Shown: positions 1 through 8,713 of the stretch, in pieces
Layout: each line of letters starts with the position of its first letter
Position numbering within the stretch: position 1 is the stretch's first letter
Origin: an uncultured Dehalococcoidia bacterium
Lineage (GTDB): Bacteria; Chloroflexota; Dehalococcoidia; SM23-28-2; RBG-16-64-32
Assembly: GCA_964649215.1 (NCBI GenBank)
Contig: CAZYOV010000003.1
Coordinates: 1-53,497 of the forward strand
DNA length: 53,497 bases
Direction: 5' to 3'
Translations under genes and position numbers: made by a program
Notes under the pieces: generated by a model
Databases searched by the model: none
What the model saw: only the letters and a program-made list of their open reading frames with translations
What the model was told of the DNA's origin: nothing

Positions 1-1263
1 GGGATGATAAGCGTGGACGCGTTCGCGCTGTTCTTCAACTTCCTGTTCGCGGGCATCGCCGCCATCGTGATCCTCAGCTCTATCGACTTCCTGCGCGGGA
101 GCCGGTTCGTCGCGGAGTACTACGCGCTAGTGCTGGCGTCAACGGCGGGGATGATGCTGCTGGCGAGCACCATAGACTTAATCGCTATCTTCGTGGCGCT
201 GGAGCTCACCGGCATAAGCCTGTACATCCTGGTGGCGTTCATGAAAGACGGCCGCTCCAGCGAGGCGGGGCTGAAGTACCTGCTCCTGGGAGCGATAAGC
301 TCGGCCGTGGCGCTGTACGGGATGGCCTACCTGTTCGGCATCACCGGCTCTACGTCGCTGGACGACATCGGGCGGGCGGTGAGCGAGGCGAACGACGAGA
401 CACGCTCGGCGTTGGTGCTGGCGATGGTGTTCCTGGTGGCCGGGTTCGGGTTCAAGATGGCGATCGTGCCGTTCCAGATGTGGGTGCCGGACGTGTACGA
501 GGGGGCGCCGACGCCGGTGACGGCCTATCTCTCCGTAGGCAGCAAGGCGGCGGGATTCGCGGTAGTAATGCGCGTCTTCCTCACCGCCCTCGATGACGGC
601 TCCATCTCCAGCGACTGGGCGAACGTGTTCGCCATACTGGCGGCGGTCTCCATGAGCCTGGGCAACATCACGGCGCTGGTGCAGGGGAACATCAAACGGA
701 TGCTGGGCTACAGCTCGATCGCCCAGGCTGGTACTTTCCTCATCGGTCTCGCGGCGGTTGCCGCCGCCGACCCCCAGCTGCTGCTGGGGACGAGCTCAGT
801 GCTGTTCTTCCTGGGGACGTACGCGTTCACCAACCTGGGCGCGTTCATCGCCGTCATCGCGATCTCCAGCAAGATCGGCTCGGACGATATCGCGGACTAC
901 GCGGGCGTGGCGAAGCGTTCGCCGCTGTTGGCGCTGGGGCTCACCCTCTGCCTCCTATCGCTGACGGGGATACCGCCGACGGCGGGGTTCATCGCCAAGG
1001 TGTACGTGTTCAACGCCGCCGTGCAGGCCGATCTCGTCTGGCTAGCGATCGTGGGGGTGCTGAACAGCGTGGTCGCGGCGTACTACTACCTGCGTGTGGT
1101 GCTCAACATGTACACCGCCGAGCCTGCGAGCGAGGAGAGCATCCAGCCCGGATACTACCTGGGCCTGGCGATGGTCGTGGCCGTGGTGGGGTTGCTGGTC
1201 GTCGGTATATTCCCCAGCCCGCTGCTCGAGGCGTCCGAGGCGGCGGCCGGGGTGTTCGGCTAG
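1..1263 (+). CDS. nuoN: NADH-quinone oxidoreductase subunit N, 5'-truncated by the window edge
   Basis: Polytopic hydrophobic protein with EAGLKYLLLGA, GFGFKMAIVPFQMWVPDVYEGAPTPV, NIKRMLGYSSIAQAG and GIPPTAGFIAK motifs; the frame is open at position 1. Confidence 0.95.
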   Translation, partial: GMISVDAFALFFNFLFAGIAAIVILSSIDFLRGSRFVAEYYALVLASTAGMMLLASTIDLIAIFVALELTGISLYILVAFMKDGRSSEAGLKYLLLGAISSAVALYGMAYLFGITGSTSLDDIGRAVSEANDETRSALVLAMVFLVAGFGFKMAIVPFQMWVPDVYEGAPTPVTAYLSVGSKAAGFAVVMRVFLTALDDGSISSDWANVFAILAAVSMSLGNITALVQGNIKRMLGYSSIAQAGTFLIGLAAVAAADPQLLLGTSSVLFFLGTYAFTNLGAFIAVIAISSKIGSDDIADYAGVAKRSPLLALGLTLCLLSLTGIPPTAGFIAKVYVFNAAVQADLVWLAIVGVLNSVVAAYYYLRVVLNMYTAEPASEESIQPGYYLGLAMVVAVVGLLVVGIFPSPLLEASEAAAGVFG

Positions 1264-1279
1264 GCCCTGGAGGACTCCG

Positions 1280-1744
1280 GTGCCCGAGCACGTAGTCCCT
1301 GTCGCCATCGCCCAGCCGTTCGTCAAGGCGGTTCGCGACGAGTGGCTGGCTACGATCGCACTGCGGGTGCTGGAGGAGGAGGATGCGCCGCCCTGCGAGC
1401 TAAGCGTCACGGTGACGGACGACGAGACGGTGCGCGGGCTTAACCGAGAGTACGCGGGCGAAGATGAGGTCACAGACGTGCTTTCCTTCTCGCAGCAGGA
1501 GGGAGAGGAGCTCGTGGGGCCGCCGGGCGGCGTGTCGGCGCTGGGCGAGGTGGTGATCGCCTATCCGCAGGCAGCACGGCAGGCGGAGGAGGCGGGCCGC
1601 AGCCTGGGGGAGGAGGTGACGCGGTTGCTGATCCACGGCACGCTACACCTGCTCGGGTACGATCACGCGGAACCGGGGGAGGAGCGCCGCATGAGAGGTC
1701 GAGAGGACGAGCTGCTGAGGGCCGTCCAGCCGGACTCAGAGTAG
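1280..1744 (+). CDS. ybeY: rRNA maturation endoribonuclease YbeY
   Basis: LNREYAG..TDVLSF, LGEVVI and HGTLHLLGYDH (H3xH5xH); GTG at 1280 after GGAGGA chosen over the ORF-track start at 1094. Confidence 0.93.
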   Translation: MPEHVVPVAIAQPFVKAVRDEWLATIALRVLEEEDAPPCELSVTVTDDETVRGLNREYAGEDEVTDVLSFSQQEGEELVGPPGGVSALGEVVIAYPQAARQAEEAGRSLGEEVTRLLIHGTLHLLGYDHAEPGEERRMRGREDELLRAVQPDSE

Positions 1745-1803
1745 TTAGCGTATACCGACAACTGAAGTCGGCGGCTTGCACCACCTGGAGCCGCGCGCCT
1801 CCC

Positions 1804-1850
1804 CCTGGCGATCTGAAGGTCGCCTGCCGGTAGGCAGGGTCGCCGCTACA
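1804..1850. repeat. REP-like element (CCTGGCGATCTGAAGGTCG..CTACA) containing the palindrome CCTGCCGGTAGGCAGG
   Basis: 19 nt identical to 6827-6845; palindrome at 1823-1838 also seen at 11959-11974. Confidence 0.7.
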
Positions 1851-1903
1851 GAGGTGGCCCCTCGCCGAGCTCAGGGTTACCGGATTCGGGCCGCCTTCAG
1901 CCT

Positions 1904-1932
1904 TTGATTTGGTATAGCCACCGCCATATAAT
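1904..1932 (+). promoter_or_regulatory. sigma70-type promoter of the dnaX operon
   Basis: TTGATT (1904-1909), 17-nt spacer, TATAAT (1927-1932), 9 nt before the GTG at 1942. Confidence 0.75.
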
Positions 1933-1941
1933 GACCGCATA

Positions 1942-3720
1942 GTGAGTTCCGAGGTCCCTTCGACAAGCTCAGGACAGGCTCCTTCGACAAGCTCCCCGGC
2001 CGGGCAGGCAGGGCAGGCCCCTCCGACGGGCTCCCCGGTCGGGCAGGCGGGGCAGGTCCTATACCGCAAGTGGCGCCCGCAGACGTTCTCGGAGATCGTC
2101 GGCCAGGAGCCGGTCACCCGCACCCTGCGCAACTCCGTCGCCTCCGGCCGAATCGCCCACGCGTACCTGCTGAGCGGGCCGCGTGGTACGGGCAAGACGA
2201 GCCTGGGCCGGCTCATCGCCAAGGCGGCCAACTGCACCAGCCCCGGAGACGGGGAGCCCTGCAACGAGTGCGACTCCTGCCGCGCCTTCCTGGAGGGGCG
2301 GGCGATCGACTTCATCGAGCAGGACGCGGCGAGCCATAACAGCGTGGACGACATCCGCCAGCTGCGGGAGAACGTGGTGCTCAACCCGATGTCGGGCGAG
2401 TACAAGGTGTACCTGCTGGACGAGGTGCACATGCTGAGCGGCAGCGCCGAGAACGCGCTGCTCAAGACGCTGGAGGAGCCGCCGCCGCACGTCATCTTTG
2501 TCCTGGCGACCACGGAGCCTCACAGGGTCTCAGCGACGATCATCTCTCGCTGCCAGCGGTTTGACCTGCGGCGCATCCCCACGCCCGCGGTGGCGGAGCG
2601 GCTGGCGTTCATCGGCGATAAGGAGGGGTTCACGCTGGACGAGGTCTCGCTGCAGGAAGTGGCTCGTAGCGCCAGCGGCAGCCTGCGCGACGCGATCAAC
2701 GGCCTGGAGCAGATCGTGACCTACTACGGCGCTTCGCCAAGCCCGGAGCAGGTGCGGGAGGCGCTGGGCATCAGCGTGGACGCCCGCAGCGCTCAACTTG
2801 CCCGTCTGCTGCTCGCCGACGACCCTTCGGCAGGCTCCCTGGGCGGGCAGGCAGGGCAGGCTCTAGCCGAGGGGCTGAAGCTGGTGGCCGCCGTGCGGGA
2901 CGACGGCGTGGACATGCGCCGGTTCTCGCGGGAGGTGGTCGGCTATCTGCGTGAGCTGCTGCTGGTGAAGGCAGGCGTGGCCGATACGCTGGATCAAACG
3001 AAGGAGACGCTGGCGGCGATGCAGGCGCTGGCCAAGCAGGCCAACCGGGCGGCAATCGTGAGCGCGCTCAAGGCGATAGGACGGCTGGACTTCCGCGACG
3101 ACCCGCAATCGTCACTGCCGCTGGAGCTGGCGCTGGTGGAGCTCGTCGCGGAGGCGGAGAAGCCGGTAGAGAGGCCGGCGACGCCAGCGAAGCAGGCTGT
3201 CCCGGCACCGGCAGAAAAGCCGGAGCCGCAGCCGCAGTTCTCGATTCCCGCATCGACGGCGGAGGAGGTGGCGGCCACCGCCACGGGCGCCACTGTGGGC
3301 GCGCCGGAGCCGGAAGCGGCGGAGGCGGAGCAAGCGCCGACGCCCGCCGGCGTGCCAGCGGATCTGCTGTCGCGGGTCCGCAACGCCTGCAAGGAGAGCG
3401 ACAAGCAGCTAGGGGCGATCCTCAACGCCTCCTGCGAGGTGACGTCGCTGGAGGAGGACGTGCTGACGCTCGGCTTCTACCACACGTTTCACCTCGAGCG
3501 GATGGAGGCGGAGCGCTACGGCGGCCGTCTCAGCGAGCTGCTGTCGCAGGAGTTGGGGAGGCCTGTGACCGCCAAGCTAGTACACTCGCCGCGGAGGCCC
3601 ACTCCGGGCAAGGTGAAGAGTGGACATCTGGTGCAGGCGGCCCAAGAGCTGGGCGCCAAGCCTGTCCAGAGGGAACCCGAAGGACAGATCGAAAAAGGAG
3701 CTCAGCACGACGATCGTTAA
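1942..3720 (+). CDS. dnaX: DNA polymerase III subunit gamma/tau
   Basis: LYRKWRPQTFSEIVGQ, Walker A GPRGTGKT, Zn CxxxxxxxxCNECxxC, LDEVHML, SRCQRF; followed by ybaB-recR. Confidence 0.97.
   Translation: MSSEVPSTSSGQAPSTSSPAGQAGQAPPTGSPVGQAGQVLYRKWRPQTFSEIVGQEPVTRTLRNSVASGRIAHAYLLSGPRGTGKTSLGRLIAKAANCTSPGDGEPCNECDSCRAFLEGRAIDFIEQDAASHNSVDDIRQLRENVVLNPMSGEYKVYLLDEVHMLSGSAENALLKTLEEPPPHVIFVLATTEPHRVSATIISRCQRFDLRRIPTPAVAERLAFIGDKEGFTLDEVSLQEVARSASGSLRDAINGLEQIVTYYGASPSPEQVREALGISVDARSAQLARLLLADDPSAGSLGGQAGQALAEGLKLVAAVRDDGVDMRRFSREVVGYLRELLLVKAGVADTLDQTKETLAAMQALAKQANRAAIVSALKAIGRLDFRDDPQSSLPLELALVELVAEAEKPVERPATPAKQAVPAPAEKPEPQPQFSIPASTAEEVAATATGATVGAPEPEAAEAEQAPTPAGVPADLLSRVRNACKESDKQLGAILNASCEVTSLEEDVLTLGFYHTFHLERMEAERYGGRLSELLSQELGRPVTAKLVHSPRRPTPGKVKSGHLVQAAQELGAKPVQREPEGQIEKGAQHDDR
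1956..2056 (+). repeat. Three tandem units of the CCTTCGACAAGCTC-AGGACAGGC repeat family, in frame in the dnaX 5' end
   Basis: Units start at about 1956, 1981 and 2018 and encode PSTSSGQA / PSTSSPAGQAGQA / PPTGSPVGQAGQ; the same core is intergenic at 6873-6889. Confidence 0.85.
2823..2861 (+). repeat. 39-nt repeat unit in frame inside dnaX
   Basis: CCCTTCGGCAGGCTC-CCTGGGCGGGCAGGC-AGGGCAGGC has the same three-part structure as 1981-2018; encodes PSAGSLGGQAGQA. Confidence 0.75.
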
Positions 3721-3769
3721 GGCTCGATGGGTTGAACATATACAATACCATCGAGGAATGGAGGTTTAG

Positions 3770-4093
3770 ATGACGCAGCGTGGAATGAACCCGGAGATGA
3801 TGAAGCAGTTCCAGGCGCTCCAGGGGAAGATCGCGCAGGCGCAGAAGGCGCTGGAGGAGACGATCATCGAGGCGTCGTCCGGCGGGGGCGCCGTGGCGGT
3901 GGTGATGAACGCGCAACCGAAGCTGAACTCGATCACCATCCAGCCCGAGGTGGTGGACGGCAGCGACGTGGAGATGCTGCAGGACCTGATCCTGGCCGCC
4001 ATTAACGAGGCGCTGGAGCAGATCAGGGCGGCGCAGATGCAGCAGCTCGCAGGGGTTGCCGGCGGGCTGAACATCCCCGGCCTCACCGGCTAG
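3770..4093 (+). CDS. ybaB: YbaB/EbfC nucleoid-associated protein
   Basis: MMKQFQALQ..EASSGGGAVAV..DVEMLQDLILAAINEA; between dnaX and recR; GGAGG SD. Confidence 0.93.
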   Translation: MTQRGMNPEMMKQFQALQGKIAQAQKALEETIIEASSGGGAVAVVMNAQPKLNSITIQPEVVDGSDVEMLQDLILAAINEALEQIRAAQMQQLAGVAGGLNIPGLTG

Positions 4094-4142
4094 CAGCCAA
4101 AACGGACGGCGGCCCGGTTTCCGACTCGAAGGTGATCATCTC

Positions 4143-4760
4143 GTGAACGAACAGCCAACGGCGGCCCCCGGGCCCGTGATTCGCCTGATCGAGGAGTTTC
4201 ACAAGCTCCCCGGCGTGGGCCCGAAGAGCGCCCAGCGGCTGACCTACTACCTCCTGCGCATGCCGGCCGCCGAGGCGGGGGCGCTGGCCGAGGCGATCCT
4301 GGAGGTGAAGGAGCGGATCGTCTTCTGCTCCACCTGTCAGAACGTCACCGAAACCAACCCCTGCCGCTTCTGCGACAGCGACCGGCGAGATCGGAGCATG
4401 GTCTGCGTAGTGGAGGAGCCGATGGACACCCTGGCGGTGGAGCGCTCCGGCAGCTACCAGGGTCTGTACCACGTCCTCCACGGCGCTATCTCGCCGATGG
4501 ACGGTATCGGGCCGGAGGACCTGAAGATCGAAGAGCTGCTGGGGCGGCTGCGCGGCGACGAGGTGAGCGAGGTGATCCTGGCGACGAACCCCAACCTGGA
4601 GGGGGAGGCGACGGCGATGTACCTGACGCGGCTGCTACGGCCGTTGGGGGTCAAGGTGACGCGGCTGGCGCGGGGCCTGCCGATGGGTGGCGACCTGGAG
4701 TACGCCGATGACGTCACGCTGACGCGGGCGATGGAGGGACGGCAGGAGGTTCAGGATTAG
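4143..4760 (+). CDS. recR: Recombination mediator RecR
   Basis: HhH LPGVGPKSAQR, C4 Zn finger, TOPRIM CVVEE, EGEATAMYL, ARGLPMGGDLEYAD. Confidence 0.97.
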   Translation: MNEQPTAAPGPVIRLIEEFHKLPGVGPKSAQRLTYYLLRMPAAEAGALAEAILEVKERIVFCSTCQNVTETNPCRFCDSDRRDRSMVCVVEEPMDTLAVERSGSYQGLYHVLHGAISPMDGIGPEDLKIEELLGRLRGDEVSEVILATNPNLEGEATAMYLTRLLRPLGVKVTRLARGLPMGGDLEYADDVTLTRAMEGRQEVQD

Positions 4761-4761
4761 C

Positions 4762-5538
4762 ATGACGCCGCCACGGTTGTACAAGACGGAGGCGATCGTC
4801 CTGCGGCAGCGGAAGCTGGGGGAGGCGGACCGTATCCTCACGCTTCACACGCCGACACACGGCAAGCTGGACGCCAAGGCGAAGGGTGTGCGCAAGACCA
4901 CCAGCCGGATGTCGGGGCACCTCCAGCCGCTGAACCGCTGCATGGTGCAGCTAGCGCGGGGGCGGACGATGGAGGTGATCGCCGGGTGCGACACGCTGGA
5001 GAGCTTCCAGCGTCTGCGCGACGACCTGGATCGGCTGAGCCGCGCTCTCTACGTCGCCGAGCTCGCCGACCGTTTCCTGCCGGAGCGGGTGGAGAGCGTG
5101 GCGATCTACCGGTTGCTGCTGGGGACGCTGCGCCGCCTCCAGAGCGACGCGGATCAGGACATGGTGCTGCGATACTATGAGATGCGGCTGCTGGACCTGA
5201 GCGGCTTTCGGCCGGAGCTGGCGCGTTGCCTGGGGTGTGACCAGCCGCTCCAACCGCAGCGAAACTTCTTCGCGCCTGCTGCGGGAGGTACGTACTGCTC
5301 CTCGTGCGGCGCGGGAGCGGCGGGGTCGCGGACTCTTTCGCTGAACGGGCTCAAGGTGTTGCGACTACTCCAGCGGGCATCGTATAAAGAGACAGGACGG
5401 CTGAGCATGCCGCCGGCGCTAGCGCAGGAGGTGGAGCGCCACCTCCGCAGCTACATCGTCTACATGCTGGAACGCGACGTCAACGCCGCCGCCTTCGTGG
5501 AGCGGTTGCGACGGGAGCAGCAGCCGCTAGAGGTCTGA
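4762..5538 (+). CDS. recO: DNA repair protein RecO
   Basis: KTEAIVLRQRKLGEADRILTL OB fold, AKGVRK, CLGC..CSSC Zn motif. Confidence 0.93.
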   Translation: MTPPRLYKTEAIVLRQRKLGEADRILTLHTPTHGKLDAKAKGVRKTTSRMSGHLQPLNRCMVQLARGRTMEVIAGCDTLESFQRLRDDLDRLSRALYVAELADRFLPERVESVAIYRLLLGTLRRLQSDADQDMVLRYYEMRLLDLSGFRPELARCLGCDQPLQPQRNFFAPAAGGTYCSSCGAGAAGSRTLSLNGLKVLRLLQRASYKETGRLSMPPALAQEVERHLRSYIVYMLERDVNAAAFVERLRREQQPLEV

Positions 5539-5541
5539 CTG

Positions 5542-5838
5542 ATGCCGCTATACGAGTACTACTGCGAGAAGTGCGATAAGGTGTTCGAGGCGTTACGCTT
5601 GCTGCGAGAGTCGGACGCGGCTATCCCCTGCCCGGATTGCGGCCATGACGCCGGGCGCATCATGCCGACATCGTTCTCAGCGATGTCCTGGGCCAAGGGA
5701 TACCCACAACGGGTGCCGTTTCATCAGAAGCCGGTGAGGAACGTGAAGCCGAAGGAGTCGACCGTAGCGCCCGTGAAGGCGAAGAGCAAGCCTGCCTACC
5801 GGACAGGCAGGCGCGGCGCCAAGGCGGCGAAGAGGTAA
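5542..5838 (+). CDS. FmdB-family zinc-ribbon protein
   Basis: MPLYEYYCEKC..FE..CPDCG. Confidence 0.85.
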   Translation: MPLYEYYCEKCDKVFEALRLLRESDAAIPCPDCGHDAGRIMPTSFSAMSWAKGYPQRVPFHQKPVRNVKPKESTVAPVKAKSKPAYRTGRRGAKAAKR

Positions 5839-5840
5839 CC

Positions 5841-6272
5841 ATGCCCCTGTACGAGTACTACTGCAAGCCCTGTAACGGCATCTTCGAAAGCATACGTCCG
5901 ATGCGGGAGGCGTCCGTAGCCGTACCCTGCCCGGAGTGCAGCCGAGACGCCCCGCGCATCATGTCCAGCTTCAACGCCTTCACTTTCCGGGACGGCTACC
6001 CGCGCCGGCTGCCGGACAAGGGGACGTTCTGGCACATGGGCAAGGAGGTCAAGCGGCGCGCCAAGCGTATGAGCTGGTACGACCACCCCGAGCTGACGCG
6101 ACCCAAGCCCAAGCCCCGGCCCGCGAAGGGCGCGACTACGGCGGCCAGGGAGAGACAGGCCGCACAGGCCAAGGACCTGTCCTACCGTGACCGCTGGGGT
6201 GTGGACGCGCGTGGTTTTCGCCAACCGAAGGCGGCGAAGAAACGCAAGCCGGCGCGCAAGACGATCACCTAG
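5841..6272 (+). CDS. FmdB-family zinc-ribbon protein (second paralogue)
   Basis: MPLYEYYCKPC..FE..CPECS with a basic C-terminal tail. Confidence 0.85.
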   Translation: MPLYEYYCKPCNGIFESIRPMREASVAVPCPECSRDAPRIMSSFNAFTFRDGYPRRLPDKGTFWHMGKEVKRRAKRMSWYDHPELTRPKPKPRPAKGATTAARERQAAQAKDLSYRDRWGVDARGFRQPKAAKKRKPARKTIT

Positions 6273-6376
6273 CCAGTGGCAAGCTCAGGGTGAGCGGTAC
6301 GCTACCCCCCCCCTCGCGAAAGTTGTTGGTCAGGCAAGGAAAAAGAATAAGGAAGAGGGCCTTCCGCGTTTTAGAA

Positions 6377-6772
6377 ATGTTCTCGAAGCTGAAGAAATTC
6401 CTTGGTGGGAATGACCCAGACTATTCTCGGCCTGCATTAGAAGAAGGCGAGGAGAATATCCTCGAGGGCGGTGCTGCCCGGGTAAGGGGTCTGGGTGGTG
6501 CAAGGTGGGGTCCCCTCATCTTGACGAACCGCCGCCTCCTCTGGTACGAAACTGCAAACGTGTGGCCTTTGAGGAAGATATCCGGCCAGTTAAACCTGTC
6601 TGACATCGCGTCTGTAGATAAGGGAAGCATCTTCGATTTCCTGTTTGGAGGCAGGCGCATACGACTGCGGCTTCGGAACGGAAAGATTCAGAAGTTCTAT
6701 GAAGGCCAAGGCAGGCTTGATGAATGGGTCGAGACGATCCGCAGAGTGATCGCCAAGACGGATGAGCCGTAG
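6377..6772 (+). CDS. Hypothetical protein, probable PH-like/GRAM fold
   Basis: GPLILTNRRLLW..INL SDIASV..IRLRLRNGK pattern and a C-terminal WVETI helix; ATG at 6377 preferred. Confidence 0.55.
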   Translation: MFSKLKKFLGGNDPDYSRPALEEGEENILEGGAARVRGLGGARWGPLILTNRRLLWYETANVWPLRKISGQLNLSDIASVDKGSIFDFLFGGRRIRLRLRNGKIQKFYEGQGRLDEWVETIRRVIAKTDEP

Positions 6773-6826
6773 TCTGAGCACAATCTAGGACGCTTGCTTC
6801 CACAAGGACTCTCGCTTCGGGCTCCG

Positions 6827-6896
6827 CCTGGCGATCTGAAGGTCGTCTCTACACCGGCGGGATCAGGACGACCCTTCGACAAGCTCAGGGTGAGCG
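6827..6896. repeat. Two adjacent REP-like elements in a convergent intergenic region
   Basis: CCTGGCGATCTGAAGGTCG..CTACA (6827-6853) and CCTTCGACAAGCTCAGG (6873-6889). Confidence 0.75.
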
Positions 6897-6915
6897 ATCT
6901 TGGGCCGGCCGCAGG

Positions 6916-7878
6916 TTAGCTGCGCCGCTCCAGCACGTAGTCCGTGAGGTCGTAGAGGGCGTGGCGGGCTGCGTCGTCAGGGAGCACCGATAGCGCCTCG
7001 TGGGCGCTGGCGCAGAAACTTCGGGCCATCTCGTACGACTCCTGCGGTATGTCGGAATCACGAATCGCCTCAACAGCGGGCGTCAGGAGCTCATTACTGG
7101 GGCTCGCGAGGAATTTCTGGACTGGGTTATCTTCGGGATAGCGATCCATGAGGATGAGCGCGGGGAGGGTGAGCGTACCCTGCATGAGGTCGCTGCCCAC
7201 TGGCTTTCCCATCTCCGCCTCGTCGCCGGTCAGGTCCAGGATGTCGTCCACTATCTGGAACGCCATGCCGAAGTTGTGCCCGTAGCCACGCAGCGCCTCG
7301 ATCCACTCCTCCGGTTCCTGGGCCACGACCGCGCCGCCCTGACAGGCGGTGGCGAACAGCGACGCCGTCTTGCCGCCGATCCGCTGGAGGTAGTCACGCA
7401 CCGTCTGACGGCTGTCGTAGGCGGTCAGGTCCTGACCGATCTCGCCTTTCGTCATCATCATCAACGTCTGCGAGAAGAGGCGGATGACGCGGATGTTGCC
7501 GGTGCGGGCGACCTGATCGGCGGCGTGGGCGAACATGTAGTCGCCCAGCATCACGGTGGTGGCGTTGTGGAAGGCGCTGTTCGCCGTGGGCCGGCCACGG
7601 CGGGTGGCGGCGTTGTCGATGACGTCGTCGTGCACGAGGGAAGCGGTGTGCAAAAGCTCGACGGAGGCGGCGAGCGGCACCAGGAAGTCGAGGTCGTACT
7701 CGCCGAAGCGTCCGCCGAGGAGGGTGAGAGCGGGGCGCAAGAGCTTGCCGCCGCCGGCCAGTACGATGTCCAGCATCTCCGCCAGGGGGGCGTAGTCTAC
7801 CTGCTTGATGGAGTCGAACGTGGCCTCCACGAGGGCGATGTCCTCCTGGACGGGGCCGTAGAGCAGGTCTGTCCTCAC
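6916..7878 (-). CDS. Long-chain trans-polyprenyl diphosphate synthase
   Basis: GGKLLRP, first Asp-rich motif HDDVID..RRG, second motif DDILD..GKP.GSDL. Confidence 0.93.
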   Translation of the reverse strand: MRTDLLYGPVQEDIALVEATFDSIKQVDYAPLAEMLDIVLAGGGKLLRPALTLLGGRFGEYDLDFLVPLAASVELLHTASLVHDDVIDNAATRRGRPTANSAFHNATTVMLGDYMFAHAADQVARTGNIRVIRLFSQTLMMMTKGEIGQDLTAYDSRQTVRDYLQRIGGKTASLFATACQGGAVVAQEPEEWIEALRGYGHNFGMAFQIVDDILDLTGDEAEMGKPVGSDLMQGTLTLPALILMDRYPEDNPVQKFLASPSNELLTPAVEAIRDSDIPQESYEMARSFCASAHEALSVLPDDAARHALYDLTDYVLERRS

Positions 7879-8711
7879 TTGACCTCCTCGCTCTGCGGCC
7901 TCAGCTCGGCGCCGGTGATGTCGCCCAGGCCGAACAGCCAGGCGGTGGCCATCGCCGTACGCTCGGCGACGGTCTGCACGCTGTCACCGCGCAGCTCGGC
8001 GATGCGGGCCACGGTGTCCGGCAGGTAGGCGGGCTCGTTGCGGCCGCCGCGGTGAGGTTGCGGAGGTAGGTAGGGAGCATCCGTCTCCACGGCCATCCAG
8101 CGGAGAGGGATCCCACCGGCGACGGCGCCAACGCGGTCGGCTTTGGGGTAGGTGCAGGTGCCGGGGATGGAGATCATGAATCCGATCTGGATGTAACGCA
8201 ACGCCAGCATGAGGTCACCGGCGAAGCAGTGCATCACGCCCAGGGGCCGGTCCTTGGGCCAATCGGGCAGCGCCCGCTCCTCGTAGGAGTCGAGGACGTC
8301 GTAGGTCTCCCCATCCGCCTCGCGGGAGTGGATGACGACGGGCAGACTGAGGCGGCGGGCGAGATCGAGCTGTCGACGGAAGGCGTCTATCTGCGCCTCC
8401 GGCGGCGACAGCTTGCGGTAGTAGTCCAGCCCTATCTCGCCTATAGCCACAACCTTCGGCGAGTCCGCCAGCCGCTCCAGCGCGCCCAGAGTGCGGTCGT
8501 CCAGGTCCTTGGCATCGTGGGGGTGAACGCCGACAGCGGCGTAGACGTCTGAGTGGGAGTCCGCCAGGTCCACGGCTTGCCAGCTGCTCTCCAGATCGGT
8601 GCCGATCACGACGAGGGCGGAGACACCCGCCTGGCGGGCGCGGTCAAGCACCTCGTCACGGTCGGACTCGAACTTGGAGTCCTGTAGGTGACAGTGGGAA
8701 TCGACGAGCAT
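7875..8711 (-). CDS. tatD: TatD-family DNase
   Basis: DSHCHL, VGVHPH, IGEIGLDYY, IHSREA, HCF, ETDAPYL; follows metG. Confidence 0.93.
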   Translation of the reverse strand: MLVDSHCHLQDSKFESDRDEVLDRARQAGVSALVVIGTDLESSWQAVDLADSHSDVYAAVGVHPHDAKDLDDRTLGALERLADSPKVVAIGEIGLDYYRKLSPPEAQIDAFRRQLDLARRLSLPVVIHSREADGETYDVLDSYEERALPDWPKDRPLGVMHCFAGDLMLALRYIQIGFMISIPGTCTYPKADRVGAVAGGIPLRWMAVETDAPYLPPQPHRGGRNEPAYLPDTVARIAELRGDSVQTVAERTAMATAWLFGLGDITGAELRPQSEEVK

Positions 8712-8713
8712 CT

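Noticed and set aside
1745-1941. SRP RNA (ffs) or tRNA-Ser, often found upstream of dnaX
   Set aside because: No SRP domain IV signature or cloverleaf; repeats and the promoter explain the interval
1956-2056. CRISPR-like array
   Set aside because: Units abut with no unique spacers, are in frame in dnaX, and no cas genes are present
3190-3260. Programmed -1 frameshift giving gamma/tau
   Set aside because: Only GAAAAG is present; no A-AAA-AAG or long A run with a downstream hairpin
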